From the NCBI GenBank assembly GCA_023247795.1, contig JAHFFT010000008.1, positions 1,519 through 65,518 on the forward strand: DNA of 64,000 nt. Reading direction: 5' to 3'. The stretch comes from Candidatus Omnitrophota bacterium. Lineage in GTDB: Bacteria; Omnitrophota; Gorgyraeia; Zapsychrales; JANLHA01. Within the stretch, counting starts at the first letter, position 1. Each line of letters begins with the position of its first letter. Positions 41,401 through 51,100 of this stretch are shown here, in pieces. The notes beneath the pieces are model-generated. The model was given only the letters and a program-made list of their open reading frames with translations. It made no database searches and had not been told where the DNA came from. Position numbers and translations under genes: made by a program.

Positions 41401-41985
41401 ATAAACATCGGCGCTATCGGGCACGATCCAGACCTTATTAAAAGTGTTGATCGGAATATTGGTTGTTCCGTATTGCGCGAGGGCCCGCTCATAAACCTTT
41501 TTCCAAAAAATTTGGCCGAACTCATCTTCGGGATACAACAAAGAAGCGGTGATTTGTTTCAAAAGATAATCTTGCGCCAAAAGGTCGCGGCCCATGTCGG
41601 TCCGGCCGAATTCGTCCGGGACAACGCGCTCTTTCTCGTAGGGCGAAAGGTTCACCCACTGGTCTTCGGCGCGGGTGGTGAGTGAAGCTAAAAAATATTT
41701 GATCAATTGGGTCGAGGATTTTTCTTTCTCGTCCTTGTTCAATTTCTGATCACCGAAATCAATAATGAATTCAAATCGAAAAGGCTCTTGAGGATGTACG
41801 CGCATTCCCTTAATGACCGGTGGATGAAAAGCTGTACTTAACCGCACCAATTCCCCGGGAACGGGAAGATTTAACAGTGCGGCCGTTGACTGGGCATAGA
41901 CCGGCGGCGGCAGGATCAATAAAAGAATTAAGAGAGGGGACAGTCCCCTGTGCAAAACCTGTGTAAAACTAGCGTATTTTTTCAT
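32470..41985 (-). CDS. Giant secreted multidomain protein (~3171 aa): conserved N-domain, GHKL/HATPase-like modules, propeller-like repeats, HExxH zincin, GGID C-domain
   Basis: 9.5-kb uninterrupted ORF; ATG 41985 gives MKKYASFTQVLHRGLSPLLILLLILPPPVYA|Q; motifs EAASNSIDA..GQFGKG, IDNGKGMG, ELPQNSKDG..SDDGNG..GYFGTG, VHELGH, GGIDFNP. Confidence 0.92.
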   Translation of the reverse strand: MKKYASFTQVLHRGLSPLLILLLILPPPVYAQSTAALLNLPVPGELVRLSTAFHPPVIKGMRVHPQEPFRFEFIIDFGDQKLNKDEKEKSSTQLIKYFLASLTTRAEDQWVNLSPYEKERVVPDEFGRTDMGRDLLAQDYLLKQITASLLYPEDEFGQIFWKKVYERALAQYGTTNIPINTFNKVWIVPDSADVYTHENTAYIVKSHLKVMLDADYLAADANRQKDQKGPDSTAAKDAEPLNELSNTVMREIVLPALEKEINEGSHFGQLRQIYDALILATWYKRALKSSLLGQKYVNQNKTNGVQVEDERVNQKIYERYIEAYRKGVYNLIREESDPVSKSAIPRKYFGGGTNAGVETERVFRQVSSVSAAALLSHGEVEIVDTLTQDIVGPASGQMDAAPASSMDKLMLSSTDEIKNSPTTKEYDDGKGFHGVSIWHFIRAQERMEKGSLKGDELKAVLKKLNIITDESEYNPRKRKNYYQQILQHLSLSGYDGESIDAINAGTYKPSDLLEKTVFKQGSNARKQGIIEAASNSIDALGGRLGQFGKGVKQIIRWLEATGEDRIDVHTLQKGGTPYQLTILRVPTGQWYIQIKAVSRNDFRAAAENNAYENGTVIRVKLKGKIPYEHKSLNSLTSIKEEIHDRFAYVKDIAIKTRLRGIEEVVNGAEHRRILMPAGQRAATIEDKQSTGKEINLIFDDREIKVIDNGKGMGASPVSRMMVPAGGEKRPAYVTEQNLEDELKELMVIHDTKKQKSEIAIARREEVITTIPVGEKINPDAIVPGKLVLEFGIMVEINQARSGIIFPSEHDPRQRWPIKLAVERMVEGLLANPELDADPVGLLKYINMMIIGLQALAGNNEDNQYIVRKITDAVKNRIAAVVADLQSQGYVFLPHDRQFAQVETGHPTIYLDKHLFDWNDQISLKALGAEVVDTAVFRLIRNIDGKDREIPLVAVDFKEDTINEFENFDINTFDFLKKHPLPRIKGDGYVAIPKKFVARFNALVERRKRQKLTMGEQIELYQQAQLIKLLTDETVVTSYEVETPQKTVELLERLTYRFARSTGGIDSEAINQFLTKDPPELIPSNQRVPEGARKRYMIDDKGQLIDINSGQVVKNREGYRFKSIIPLRNNFYLLEVLFIKEKKILFKILDSNYVRELGVRGQEVLISPDGRYAYVPETVISTQNLITMLDTETEKQVDDFAEVLKYEPDRRAHDVRMSKNGLFVMWLEETNGIRKFYSWDLQFHQNVVFEAVSYEYGEIEHMAKLKAADGKFYWMDLENGNVVTGRNVYTDPQQRFSVFKTDSGQLQIYIHAAHKLISTAATPELTWEHPFQNPYIIANANHITAVNFGSFNDADDQDKFCVIETLEGRRFFVDQDGEIMLDTTGQSMSSIFANRIELTELLLGRVYRGENKLFNFLYVLSSIHPKFPLLIEQQVEAQEATEMKTGEKVRFKGDIVYYREGVAFYTVANGKLLSYRDFLDDQVLDTPVEYDLVAMSSDGQYAVIREGQQLKVLDLPDGTTSAEFADANDYPVVSFDGKYFVLENPKTRNVIYVNPYLRFVDDGFITKIDQEAKPFTKEKPEGEPEVDRQKLEARISLFNAEGYQIVEVKGKYIKYRRTEAMGSVWGVLDGIRNLPNNLPMFHTVHPGDYDDGKGNQLKYLGTQEIYFSHSGRFSIHEGRDSQGRKAAFIFDHVMGSHQARGYMYYDELYVDHHADVVILKDQSTSEFFVMDLVSGNKIFKGTAENVLIDHTGNFAIVNLGKANCRIVHLGTGEIISVAEFDKDFLGNGSISIAEDGQRVYLFIAEYDSRNEYFYEFIKDPLTGKIGPEPRQAPIKLDGRNKFNKLAVINGGKDNLPRYWIEYENKNLTLVRREIALFPAEDEDDHYTLHYKDTDNIYSDTKFIITDQDDLITLGREGTVRQKKFIEEFGNNPQVVFESPSNWSNDLGSLKGNKVGFEYKGNRQIENIFSNAMTEARMDIKNGFVNEDNTFILFQDRDERYYLLDQDDHLYDITDEVESGFEVYQAYGHNFQFRRGENEFRYFYPDRYLEKVRKVRVSAQQLARQKRIRTFWEEQVLSKHDQWISEAQTAYEPFLSLFPREYRESPENKFSERFKDFYRRQERGIHQRFKSAVDSQASVVDTRGLPSEEFSRRMKRIVEVLNHADATNQTLIDRLIQQVKGIDNSLTRQDCYQRLFEGLFELAMNPNLQIDLTSIDEHAVEVMMLGWLPQTLREWQQMSMIYQLLAELRRLRGDRLEINTIVKMVEFLQEAGRAEDQAIEIVMGQLKLFLDPQISGEYLLKWYQSFSEVDSGKIARALKDERRLEDLGNAADYVVLLTNQAPPVRVKKRLDPLGEDVLKDDYGLPVEKITNWNLDLKQRPETEADMHTIDELVEQRDLIAAYPDDEWLKAEIDNYTQKQREAGGYAAELPQNSKDGGAKNMVVEFYKDEEANELIEEISDDGNGPVPGKMLALIIPKSTKEAFAQLGKISGYFGTGKYTTFAGVDRIEIIAKDRDGQAFMFVMVLDREAHQVRLTRVRRCDASQLKANFMVRRVKSLKKTIPQLDQMLAKRSWKMFAGMSQDESFQIFFKDDIHDANKLSPLTVKGKKILTETDFIAPHPRTKKMIKYEGKMRIYSTEDPGVPIQIVDKNGLRVHDLKMESYLLALIPELLLADDKSDEGEENKSRTGHFHRLRLVIQIPLTVDQNRDAFEEEDNDFKEVLQKYIALEFYKALAVERLNNVNYPVESFPEDWEASQNENYWNVVNYADHIDLTSEEGRTTTLTDLISRINRAHEKVDDKEEIPEHPVQHWELDSLKQMIDGVDAVDAGEKELKQRVLLSFFTQLEVFTKEGKEEKTSLYIRRLQTQEKINAERARREAEKRGVDYQGASEDPHAAQHQHMARILQAIKNLDLTQIEKKPETDNEKRLMVLVASMAQKVGFTDFRLAQENPYFSGLFVGTNTVYISANLADAIDSQSGISRGHLHQPTETMVHELGHFFEWMYSLSLSGTRMEQNQVFVVLKGMQTTHDTKGGKFSEGNQLLATVMLAKHEPIAKSFDNFFLSSDDKSRVELPTNPNITISPQAFGFWENLQSSNKAVQTGNPDTPKEVNPGSSSSTGGIDFNPQNVNLNVRGQGLDLQVSPQDLESIEIHGLTPIILSIRPVANLPQFLGLSR

Positions 41986-42145
41986 AGTAAATGATATAAA
42001 GAGTATAAAACATAATACTATAAATAACAAAACATTAGAGGAATAATGGTCCGCTAGATCAGAATGGACATTTCCTAAAAATTGTAAATTTGTAACTATT
42101 TTAATCAAAACGATTTACGCACTTATTAACAGGGGACTGTCCCCT
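41935..42145. mobile_element. 211-bp MITE/REPIN-like element with perfect 17-bp terminal inverted repeats
   Basis: AGGGGACAGTCCCCTGT (41935-41951) ... ACAGGGGACTGTCCCCT (42129-42145); AT-rich interior; homologous to 62362-62460. Confidence 0.75.
42002..42030 (-). promoter_or_regulatory. Putative promoter for the 3171-aa gene, inside the palindromic element
   Basis: TTGTTA-17nt-TATACT, 16 nt upstream of ATG 41985. Confidence 0.45.
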
Positions 42146-45100
42146 ATTGATGAAGGGCAACTTCTTCGGGTGTGACAGGTTGCGGTGAAATTCCTAAAAA
42201 TAGCGGGAGGTTGGTGATGGGGACGGTATGCGTAATGACCGGGGTAAAGCCTTCGATGGGGATCTGCGAAAGCCCTTCGGCACTGTCCGTGACTTGCAGA
42301 TCAATGCCTTCCCCTTCAACCTGCATTTGAATCAACGATGGGTCCAAATCAATCCCGCCCGGGATCTGAGCTTCGGGAGAATTTTGCCAGCCAGGATGAA
42401 GCATGACGCTCGGAATGATCTCTACAGAAGTGTTTAGGTTCATTGGTTCTGACTCAGTTTTTGACAGGAAAAAAGCATCATTTCTCAACATCTTATTATA
42501 CATCTTACCTGCACCAGCTTGAACTCTGGCATCTATTCCTCGGGCGTCCATCAAACCCATTAAAACCCTATGAAAAATCTTCTCCTCGCCCTCGTCTTTA
42601 AATTGCTCTCTGACCTGTTGCAACGTTAACTCTACATCAACTAACGAGTTCAGCAAGTTGACGAGAAAAGCATTGACCTCGATCGGTTCGGCCGCTTCCT
42701 CTTGTTGGATCACTACTGGTGCGGCCGCAACCCCCAAAAATTCCGGAGTCATGTCGGCCCTGGTAAGGGGCTTTTGTCCGTCGATCCTCAATTCCAAATC
42801 AGCTCGGTCGATCCGTTTAAACAATTCCGCGATGCTTTGACGCATCTCGGGAATGAGCTCACCAGATGTCATCTCAATGACCTGTAAATTCGGTAATGCT
42901 TCTAAAATACTGATCAACCGATCATTGAATTTCATAAATGGCAACCTCAGCGTTTTGATTCGTTTGATTTGTCTCAGGAATTCAATCCGCAAATCTTTTG
43001 GGTTGACCTGACTCAAATCCAAGGAAAACGTATCATCTGGTCCACGAATAAAATGATTAGAAACGTTATGAACTATACCAATATGCTTTAAGAAAGATAA
43101 TTGATGGTCTAAGGAGAACCCTGATCCAATTTCTCCAATCACCTGCTTAGATACATCCTCATACGTTATCGCAGCTTTATTTCCATTTTTGATCGTTAAT
43201 TCCTTTCCTCGCGGATGAATGGCAATAATGAGGTAGGCCACAAATCCAAAGTCCCAACCAACAGTCTGGTCTTCCGTCAGTATTAATTCTTTCAACCTTG
43301 GCCATTCGCACGTATGTATGACCAATCTCAAATAATTCCCAACCATTGTTGGCAACGCCACCGAAGCAAGATTCCTTAATTTATGCAAATCTTTTAAGTA
43401 CAAACTTTCGCCTGAAGGTTTACTTTTTGTAAGATCAAGCTTAATTACGGTGGTCCCATCTGTATCCTTGAACGTTGAAAGTGTCTCATCGGTCAAAGGC
43501 ATGTGACTGCGTTGCAAAATTTCTTTTGCCAATGCAATCTGTTCTGGAAGGCTCAATTCCTTCAGCTCCGGCAGTTCACTCGAAAATGGTTTGACCTCTG
43601 CTGACAACTCTTCCTCGCCAGTTTTCTTATACTCATCCGGCACATCGTCGTAAGTAACGGTAAACTTGTCATTAACAAAAACAACCATATTCCTGCCATT
43701 GGGATGTTGGGCCATAAAACGATAAAGATCATCTCGGCCGGACATCGAATCCTCTAAATGAATACCCAAATAGGTCAAATTTGGCATGCTGTTCAAAGAA
43801 TTGAGGTTGCCGTCCACAGCATCAAATTCTAAATTAAGATAAATGATATTTTCCATTGGCGGGATGGTTTTCAATGTTAGGGTGCCATTCCCTTTGAGTT
43901 CAAAATGACGAAGACTCACCAAATCTTCAAACCCAAGCTGACCGGTTGAAAAAATGCTGGCATTAACTTTCAGCGAATACAAATTGGGGAGTCCCTTTAA
44001 CTTGTCCATATTCGTTAGCGAATGCTTTATTGCTTGACCATTTTTATCATGCTGCAGATCTAAATCAATCCGCTTAGTTTGTTCAATTGCTGGCACATTG
44101 ATACTCATAAACTTTTCTTTTGAAAAATTTGCCCCCATAAAGTAACCGACTTTCGCGACTTGCCCATAAAGTGTATTTTTCCCGCTTGACGGAAAATTCG
44201 GCATTTGCCCGCCACGTGTATACATGAGTCCATTGAGAATCACGATCATATGCTCGCCGTTAGGATGCGTTTCCAATAATTGTTTTACTTGCTCGATCGT
44301 ACAGTACGCACTAGTAATTTTAACCACTTGCAATTTCTTTAAGTCATTCAATAGCTCAAGATCGATTTGCTCATCGCTTGTGAAAACAAGATGTCTTAAT
44401 TCTTGCAGTGGAGACAAGAATTCAAGGCCGCCAGCTTCAAGTCCATAAATGGTTAACTCCCTTAACTGTGGAACATGACGTAGTTCTTTTAAATTTTCTT
44501 CGTCCCATATCATAAACATTTTCTTTAAATCCGGAATTTGCGAAAGCGGCTGCAAACTTGGAACCTGACCGTCAAAATGAAGACCAATGGTTTGAAACGG
44601 TTGGCTCAATTCCATAAAACCCTTGATCATTTGATCGGGACCGAAAAAGGCCCTTACCGCGGCCGCTTGCTTTGTAAACGACTCCATTTGCGCGTTCATA
44701 TCTGCCAACCTCTGCAACGCACGAGCTTGTTCATCTTGCGGCGCTGGGCTCAATAGCGCGGGACTCAATTCTTGTTCCTCCCTCTTCATCGCATCAATCC
44801 GTTCGCGGACATCAGTGACCACTCCGCCCGAATCAAATGTTTTCAATTGGAAAACTTCTGGATAAGGATGGTCAACAAGCGCTTTGAGGGCATTGGTCAA
44901 TGTCAAAGTTTTGGTTGAAGGAATCTTTGAGAAATCCACAACAATGCTTCCTGCGACATGGGTCAACGTTCCCTTAACATCACCGCTGGGAATCGAATAA
45001 AGCCTCCCTAGATTTTCCACATAATGTTTTAGAGCGGACTGTAAATCAATAACAACCTGAATTTCTCTCTCAAAAAATTTTTCTATCTCGTCTACTCCCT

Positions 45101-48100
45101 TTAACACCCATTTCTTGCGTGGAGGCTGTAAAGTAAAATCCTTTCGAAGGGGATGAGCCCGGCATAAATGCAAAATTTGATGGGAAGGCACATTCGTATT
45201 TTGCAAATCAAGAATACGAATAACGTTACCATTAAGATGATACAGGCTTTGCAATTTGGGGGTGTTCAATTCGAGCTCAAAAACATCGACACCTTGCAAA
45301 CAGGGAAGTTCAGTGGCTTGCGGATCATCCACCGTCAAGATTTTCAATTGTTGGAATTCATTAAGGTCGCGCAAATGACCATAATCGACGATCAGCGAGG
45401 CATTGCGCAAGATCACCTGCTTTAAAAAACTCAAATGATTCAGCTTGCTCAAATCAGGAATGGTAGTCACATTCTTAAGGACAAGCGCCAGATACGGCAA
45501 TTCCTTTTTGCCGGATTTTTTTCCGGGCTGAATATGAACGTCCGCTTGATCAGGTCTTAAACCCAATTCTTTCAAAATTTCTTTAGCAGTGATCGACTGG
45601 AAAGCAATCACCTTATCAACAGCACTATCAACGATACCCTCTATGCCAAATTCCATTCCTGCGGCAGGGACTATTATTAAGTTGTCCTGATTAACATGCC
45701 ATAACAAAAGATCGCTAGTCGCAAAATCTCTAGAATTATCGACAGTATTCATCCGCGAAAGATCAAGATACCGCAAATGACGCGCACCCAATAAAGGCCG
45801 GAAGTCACCGTCTTTACTAAACGTAGAAGTCCCCATATCAATACGTTTCAAAAAAGTCAGTCTTTCAAAAGGCAGTTCACTGAATTTTTTATAATTTTCC
45901 GGAGTGATCTTAAATTCAGCCGCGATATACGGACGATTGTCGTCATCAAAATGGATGGCTGTGGGAGTCACGAGACCGGAATCGAAAAGATAATCCGCCT
46001 GATCATCGATCGTTTCCAGCCAGTTTGTTGGTTGGGTCTCTTCCAACCCAGCCGCACTGACAGTTGACGGCTGAGACTTCTCTTCAACTTTGGCCGGAGA
46101 TTTTTGTCCCGACAGTTGATTCTGATTTGCTTTAAGGAAAGACTCGTAACTTCCGTAAAAATATTTGAAACCACTGTGGTCTGTCTCATCCCTCAGATTG
46201 ATATTTAAATTCGGACGCTGTTGATAAAACTCATTGATTTGCTCTATGGTCAGGCTCCCATCCCAGGGTAATGTCAATGTTCGCAAATTGGCACATCTCA
46301 AAATAGGTGATAAATCTCGGATCCCGGATTTCGCTAAATCCAGGCTAATGATGGCATCGAAATCCTCTAAAAAACTAAAATCACCGGTCAGGACCGGCGC
46401 AGAAAATGTTAAAAAGCCGACATTTTTATTGGTCGCTAACGCTCGTAACGACTGATAATCCTTAGCGTCGACAGAAGAAAATTCAACAATGACCTGATCC
46501 AATCTCAAGTCATCCGACAAGACGCCCAAATCCACATTCGCTGATCCGTCAGTTGTGACAGGAGGCTTCTTAATTTTTAATATCACATATCCACCAAGCC
46601 CTGATTCCGCGGTGATGCTAAAATTTTGGTCAAACACTAACGAGCTTCCCTCTGTCAACTTTTGCCTAATATTTTGCATCGCCTCTTGTCTTACCTCTTC
46701 AACGAACGATGGATCTAGATTCGCGAGTTTCCATTCTCGACCATCCGGCATCTTGACTTTTAGCATCATACGATTAGGATGATGGGCCAGAAACCGCCGG
46801 ATGTCCTCCTCAGTCACGGAGCCCGGTAATAAATTGGAAAGATCAACAGCGGTCAAATTATAAGCACCATAAAGAAAATCGAGATCATTGAGCGCGGAGG
46901 CGCTCAAATCCACCTTGGTCAATGCCGGACTATTTATCAACGCCCTTCTCTTGATTTTCCCCAAATCTCTAGCACTCATTCCGCTCAAATCCAAAAGTAA
47001 TTCTTTGTTTCCCTCCCCTACGTCCTCCCTAAAACGAATCCTATACGAATCAAATCCCCCAATCGCAGCTGCTAATAAACCAATGAGATAATATTTTTGC
47101 GGATTATTATCATTCACGGCCTGTTCGGCCGATTCCGGATTAAGGTTCGAAGCCTCTTCAGGTTTTATCCGATCACCATACTCGGCCATGAATCGATCAT
47201 AACTTTCCATTGTAAATTCGTCTCCTGATGGAAGAAAAAATGTTAATTGAAGATTTGGCCGCTGTTGATAAAATTGAGCAATGTCTTCTAAAGATAAACC
47301 CTGCCCCAAATAAACACTCAAAGATTTAAGATATTTCAACCGCAGGCAAGGCGATAAGTCATTGGCGGCTTTATGCAACACCAAATCATAAAGGTTGGGG
47401 AAGAATTCAACGATCTGGTTCAAATCCAATGGATTAGGATTGGATGCGTCATCAATCTGAATATCTCTAATATTTCTATTTAATCCTAACGAAGATAACG
47501 CTCTCTTCCCTCTTTCTGTGGACGCATCAAAATTGATTTTCACTTCATCTAACCTTAAGACATCTTGCAAAACCGACAAACTTGCTCTTAACGATACGCC
47601 AGTCAATGAACCCGTCAAATCTTTATTAGATGGAGGGGATTTCAACACTAAAACCACTGAACCCTCATCGGTTTCATCAACCGAAAAATCAGTGCCTTCT
47701 TGCATTCCTTGTCCTTTTAACTTATCAACGATGTCTTTTTTAGCTTCTTTGACAGCTTCCGTTTTATAGTCTTCCTCTAAAGATCCAAAATTCAATTCAC
47801 TCCCATCCGGCAAAAATATCTGCAGAAACTGTCGATTGGGATGGTGGGCCAGGAAATATTTAATATTTTTAAGCGAAGCTCGCGAAGGTAAGGAACCTTT
47901 AAAACTAATGACCCGTAGGTTATGAGCACTGTAAAACGTGGCAAGTACTGTAGGATCCACATTTGCCGTTGCTAGCCCAACCCACTCCAAGTCTGGAAAA
48001 TCGACAAACGCATTACTTTCAATTTGACGCAGAACCGCGACCGGTTGATCGAACAAATCTACTGCCAAACTTTGACTCCTATCTATTCTAGGGAGTGGCG

Positions 48101-51100
48101 CAACATTGCCTTTATCAAAACCCGGAATCACGCTTGCCAAATAATCCGCCAACCGCTGTTTTTGCGAAGAAATCTCTTCAGCCGGCGAGCTATCTAATGC
48201 CTTTCCCAATGGAAGCTCATCCTGCGTCCCGGCCAGCTCGCTTAACTGTCCCTCATTTTTTGCAATGAAATCTTGATAATCTTTATAATCGACCAGCCCT
48301 GAGTTCCAGCTGGAAGGAAGCAGACACAACTTCATATCCGGCCGCTGCCGATAAAAATCATCCATGCCCTGCAAACTTAAAGCCTCACCACGATATAGCA
48401 ATAACTGTCGAAGATATTTCAACTGCAAGCAAGGGGACAGGTCATTTGCGGTTTTCGGCAAACCCAAAACATAAAGGTTGGGAAAATCTTCAACGATTTG
48501 CTGCAAATCCAATGAATTAGGATTTGCCTTTGAATCAAACTGGACATTTCTAATGTTCTTATTTTTACCTATTTGTCGTAAGGCTAACTTCCCTCTTTCT
48601 GAAGAAGCGTCAAAATTGATTTTAATTTTATCTAGCGGAATAATGTCATTCAACACCGACAAATCTGCTGCAGACGGAATCCTTTTCAACACTAAGACCA
48701 CTGAACCCTCGGTTTCATGAACTGAAAAATCAGCGAGTTCGACCATTCCTTGATTCCTCAGCCTGGCAACGATGTTTCTCTCAGCTTCTTTACAGACGCC
48801 TGCTTTACTTTTTTGGTCTAAAGATTTAAAATCCAATTCACTCTCATCCGGCATAACAACCTTGAGAAACCAGCGGTTAGGATGGCGGGCGAGAAATTTC
48901 TTGATATCCTCCTCACCTATTGAACTAGACGTTTTTTTCAATCCTTTAAAACTGATCTCCTTCAAGTTGCGGGCGCTGTAAAGAAAATTCAAATCCATGG
49001 GTTCTGCCTCGGATAAATCCACGGCCTCCAAAGCTGGATAATCAGAAAACGCGCGATCTTCTATTTGATGCAAATCGTAATTGGAAAGCCCGTGCAAATC
49101 CAGAACCAAATATGACCCATTCCACAAGGCAACCCGATGAGGATCAAACCCTATAATCCTTCCTGCCAAATATACGGCCAGCCGCTCTCTTTGCAAGAAA
49201 TTATTCGTGCTTTCTTCTTCTGACGGCTGCGCTCTCTTGGCCGACGTTTCAGTTTGCTGAGCGGCCTGATTCTTACTGGATGTGGCCACGGGCCACCAAA
49301 TTTTTCTACCATCAGATAGCTCGATTTCTAATTTTTCCCGATTTTTATGCCTCATCAACAAATTCACGAGGAATTCATTCGGCATCTCTTGCCTCAATTT
49401 CAACCTTGTCAAATTCTCCAAACTCAACAAAGGATCGAGCCGGTCAGCTTGTTCAACTTTAATTTTGATATCGACCTCTGTAAGCAAAGAAAGTTTGGCA
49501 AACTCATTTTGAGCGAATGTAGCGAATGTATCATAATTCTCTTCCGTGACATCCACCTGCAAAGAAAAATAAGGCTCACCAGTACTGATATGTTTAAGAC
49601 TGGGCACAAAAAGCGCAAATTCCGAACCATGCTCCTTACTGAAATCTGACAAAATATTGAATTGGGCAATGCCTTCCGGGCCCGTAGCCGATATTTTTTC
49701 CTCCGCCGGCATTTGCACTTCAACTTGCGCCTCTACCACCTGCCCCTCCCGCTCCAAGTCCGCTAATGTCAATTGCTTGTCGTCCGGCATCAATATTCGT
49801 AAATTCTTTCGGTTGGAGTGAACGCGTAAAAAGGCCTTGATCTGATCCACGGAAACGGCTCCGGGGAGCAAATTCTTCAAAGACAATAATTTTAGGTTCT
49901 TAAAATTTAATAAACCATCGAGATATTCGACATCCGTATTATCCAATTCAACGATCCCGACATTATGAAAAGAGGTCGAACGTATTGCCTGGCTAGCCTT
50001 CGATGACGGATGAAAGATATCTCCAACCCCCTTCAAGTGCATCAATGACAAGACAATCCCCGCCCCTTTGGGAAAAGTATCATCTTGAAAGTCGACAACC
50101 CGATCCGAACCAAACCCGTTTAGAATACCGCTAAACAACTCAAACAACTGATTTTTCTGCTCCTCGACAGATAATTCCGGTTTCTGGTTTGGCGCAGAAA
50201 CTTGCGTCGTTACCTCCTCCTGTGCCAACGCCTTCAAACACTCCCGATAATCGGCAAAGACCCTGCCGTCGGGCATGATGATGCGCAGACTGGCAGCGAT
50301 AGACGGGGGTAAAAGCCTAATGATCCTGGTGATCTCCTGATTGGTCAAAGGTTTTATTTTGGGAAGTGTCATATCCACAAAACCATCTTTATCGGAACGA
50401 ACGTTAATTCCCCTTGCACTTGGCGTGTTTCCTTCGTCTATGATACTAATCAATAACAAATCGAGTTCTGCCGCATCCAACCTCATTCCCTTTGCGATCT
50501 CTTGACTGTGCTGCTTTGTATACTTAGCCATGCTTTCTTCGTCAGCAATCTTGATTTCTTGATTAGGAAAGCTAATATGTAAAATAAATTTGTCTACAAA
50601 ACTAAACATTAAATTAAATTGCGATCTACCAATATCGGGATAACGTGTCCATAACTGAAGCACCTGCTTTGCGCTGACCTGTGAATCGATAAAAAGCTCC
50701 TGAATGGGACACCCAAATAAGGGGGCGATATTCGTTACCCCCGTACCGCTGAGTGAAATCGTCGCCTGATCCAAATCCACCCTTTCAAGAAAAGAAATAT
50801 CCGTCAACTGCGGATCATTGCTTAAGAGCAATGTCTTGTTTCCCCTATGCACATTCCATTTTGAAATTTCAGAAAGGTCCAGCCGACTAGGATATTCAAC
50901 ATTAAGAATTCCGAAGTAACCCAATCGATAAATCGCTGATAAATCCGGTAGACGGCCTTCGGTCAATTCGACATTGATTTGTATCATTTCTTTATTCACT
51001 TGCAGACGCACGGAGCCGTCAGGTAACCCTGGGATTTTAGCAAGTTCTCGCTGAGCAATTTTCAACTGATGATTAACCGCCTCCTCGATCTGCTCATGAA

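Noticed and set aside
41986-42108. Upstream extension of the 3212-aa ORF call (start 42108)
   Set aside because: AT-rich sequence inside the palindromic element containing a promoter-like motif; ATG 41985 gives a signal peptide comparable to the paralog.
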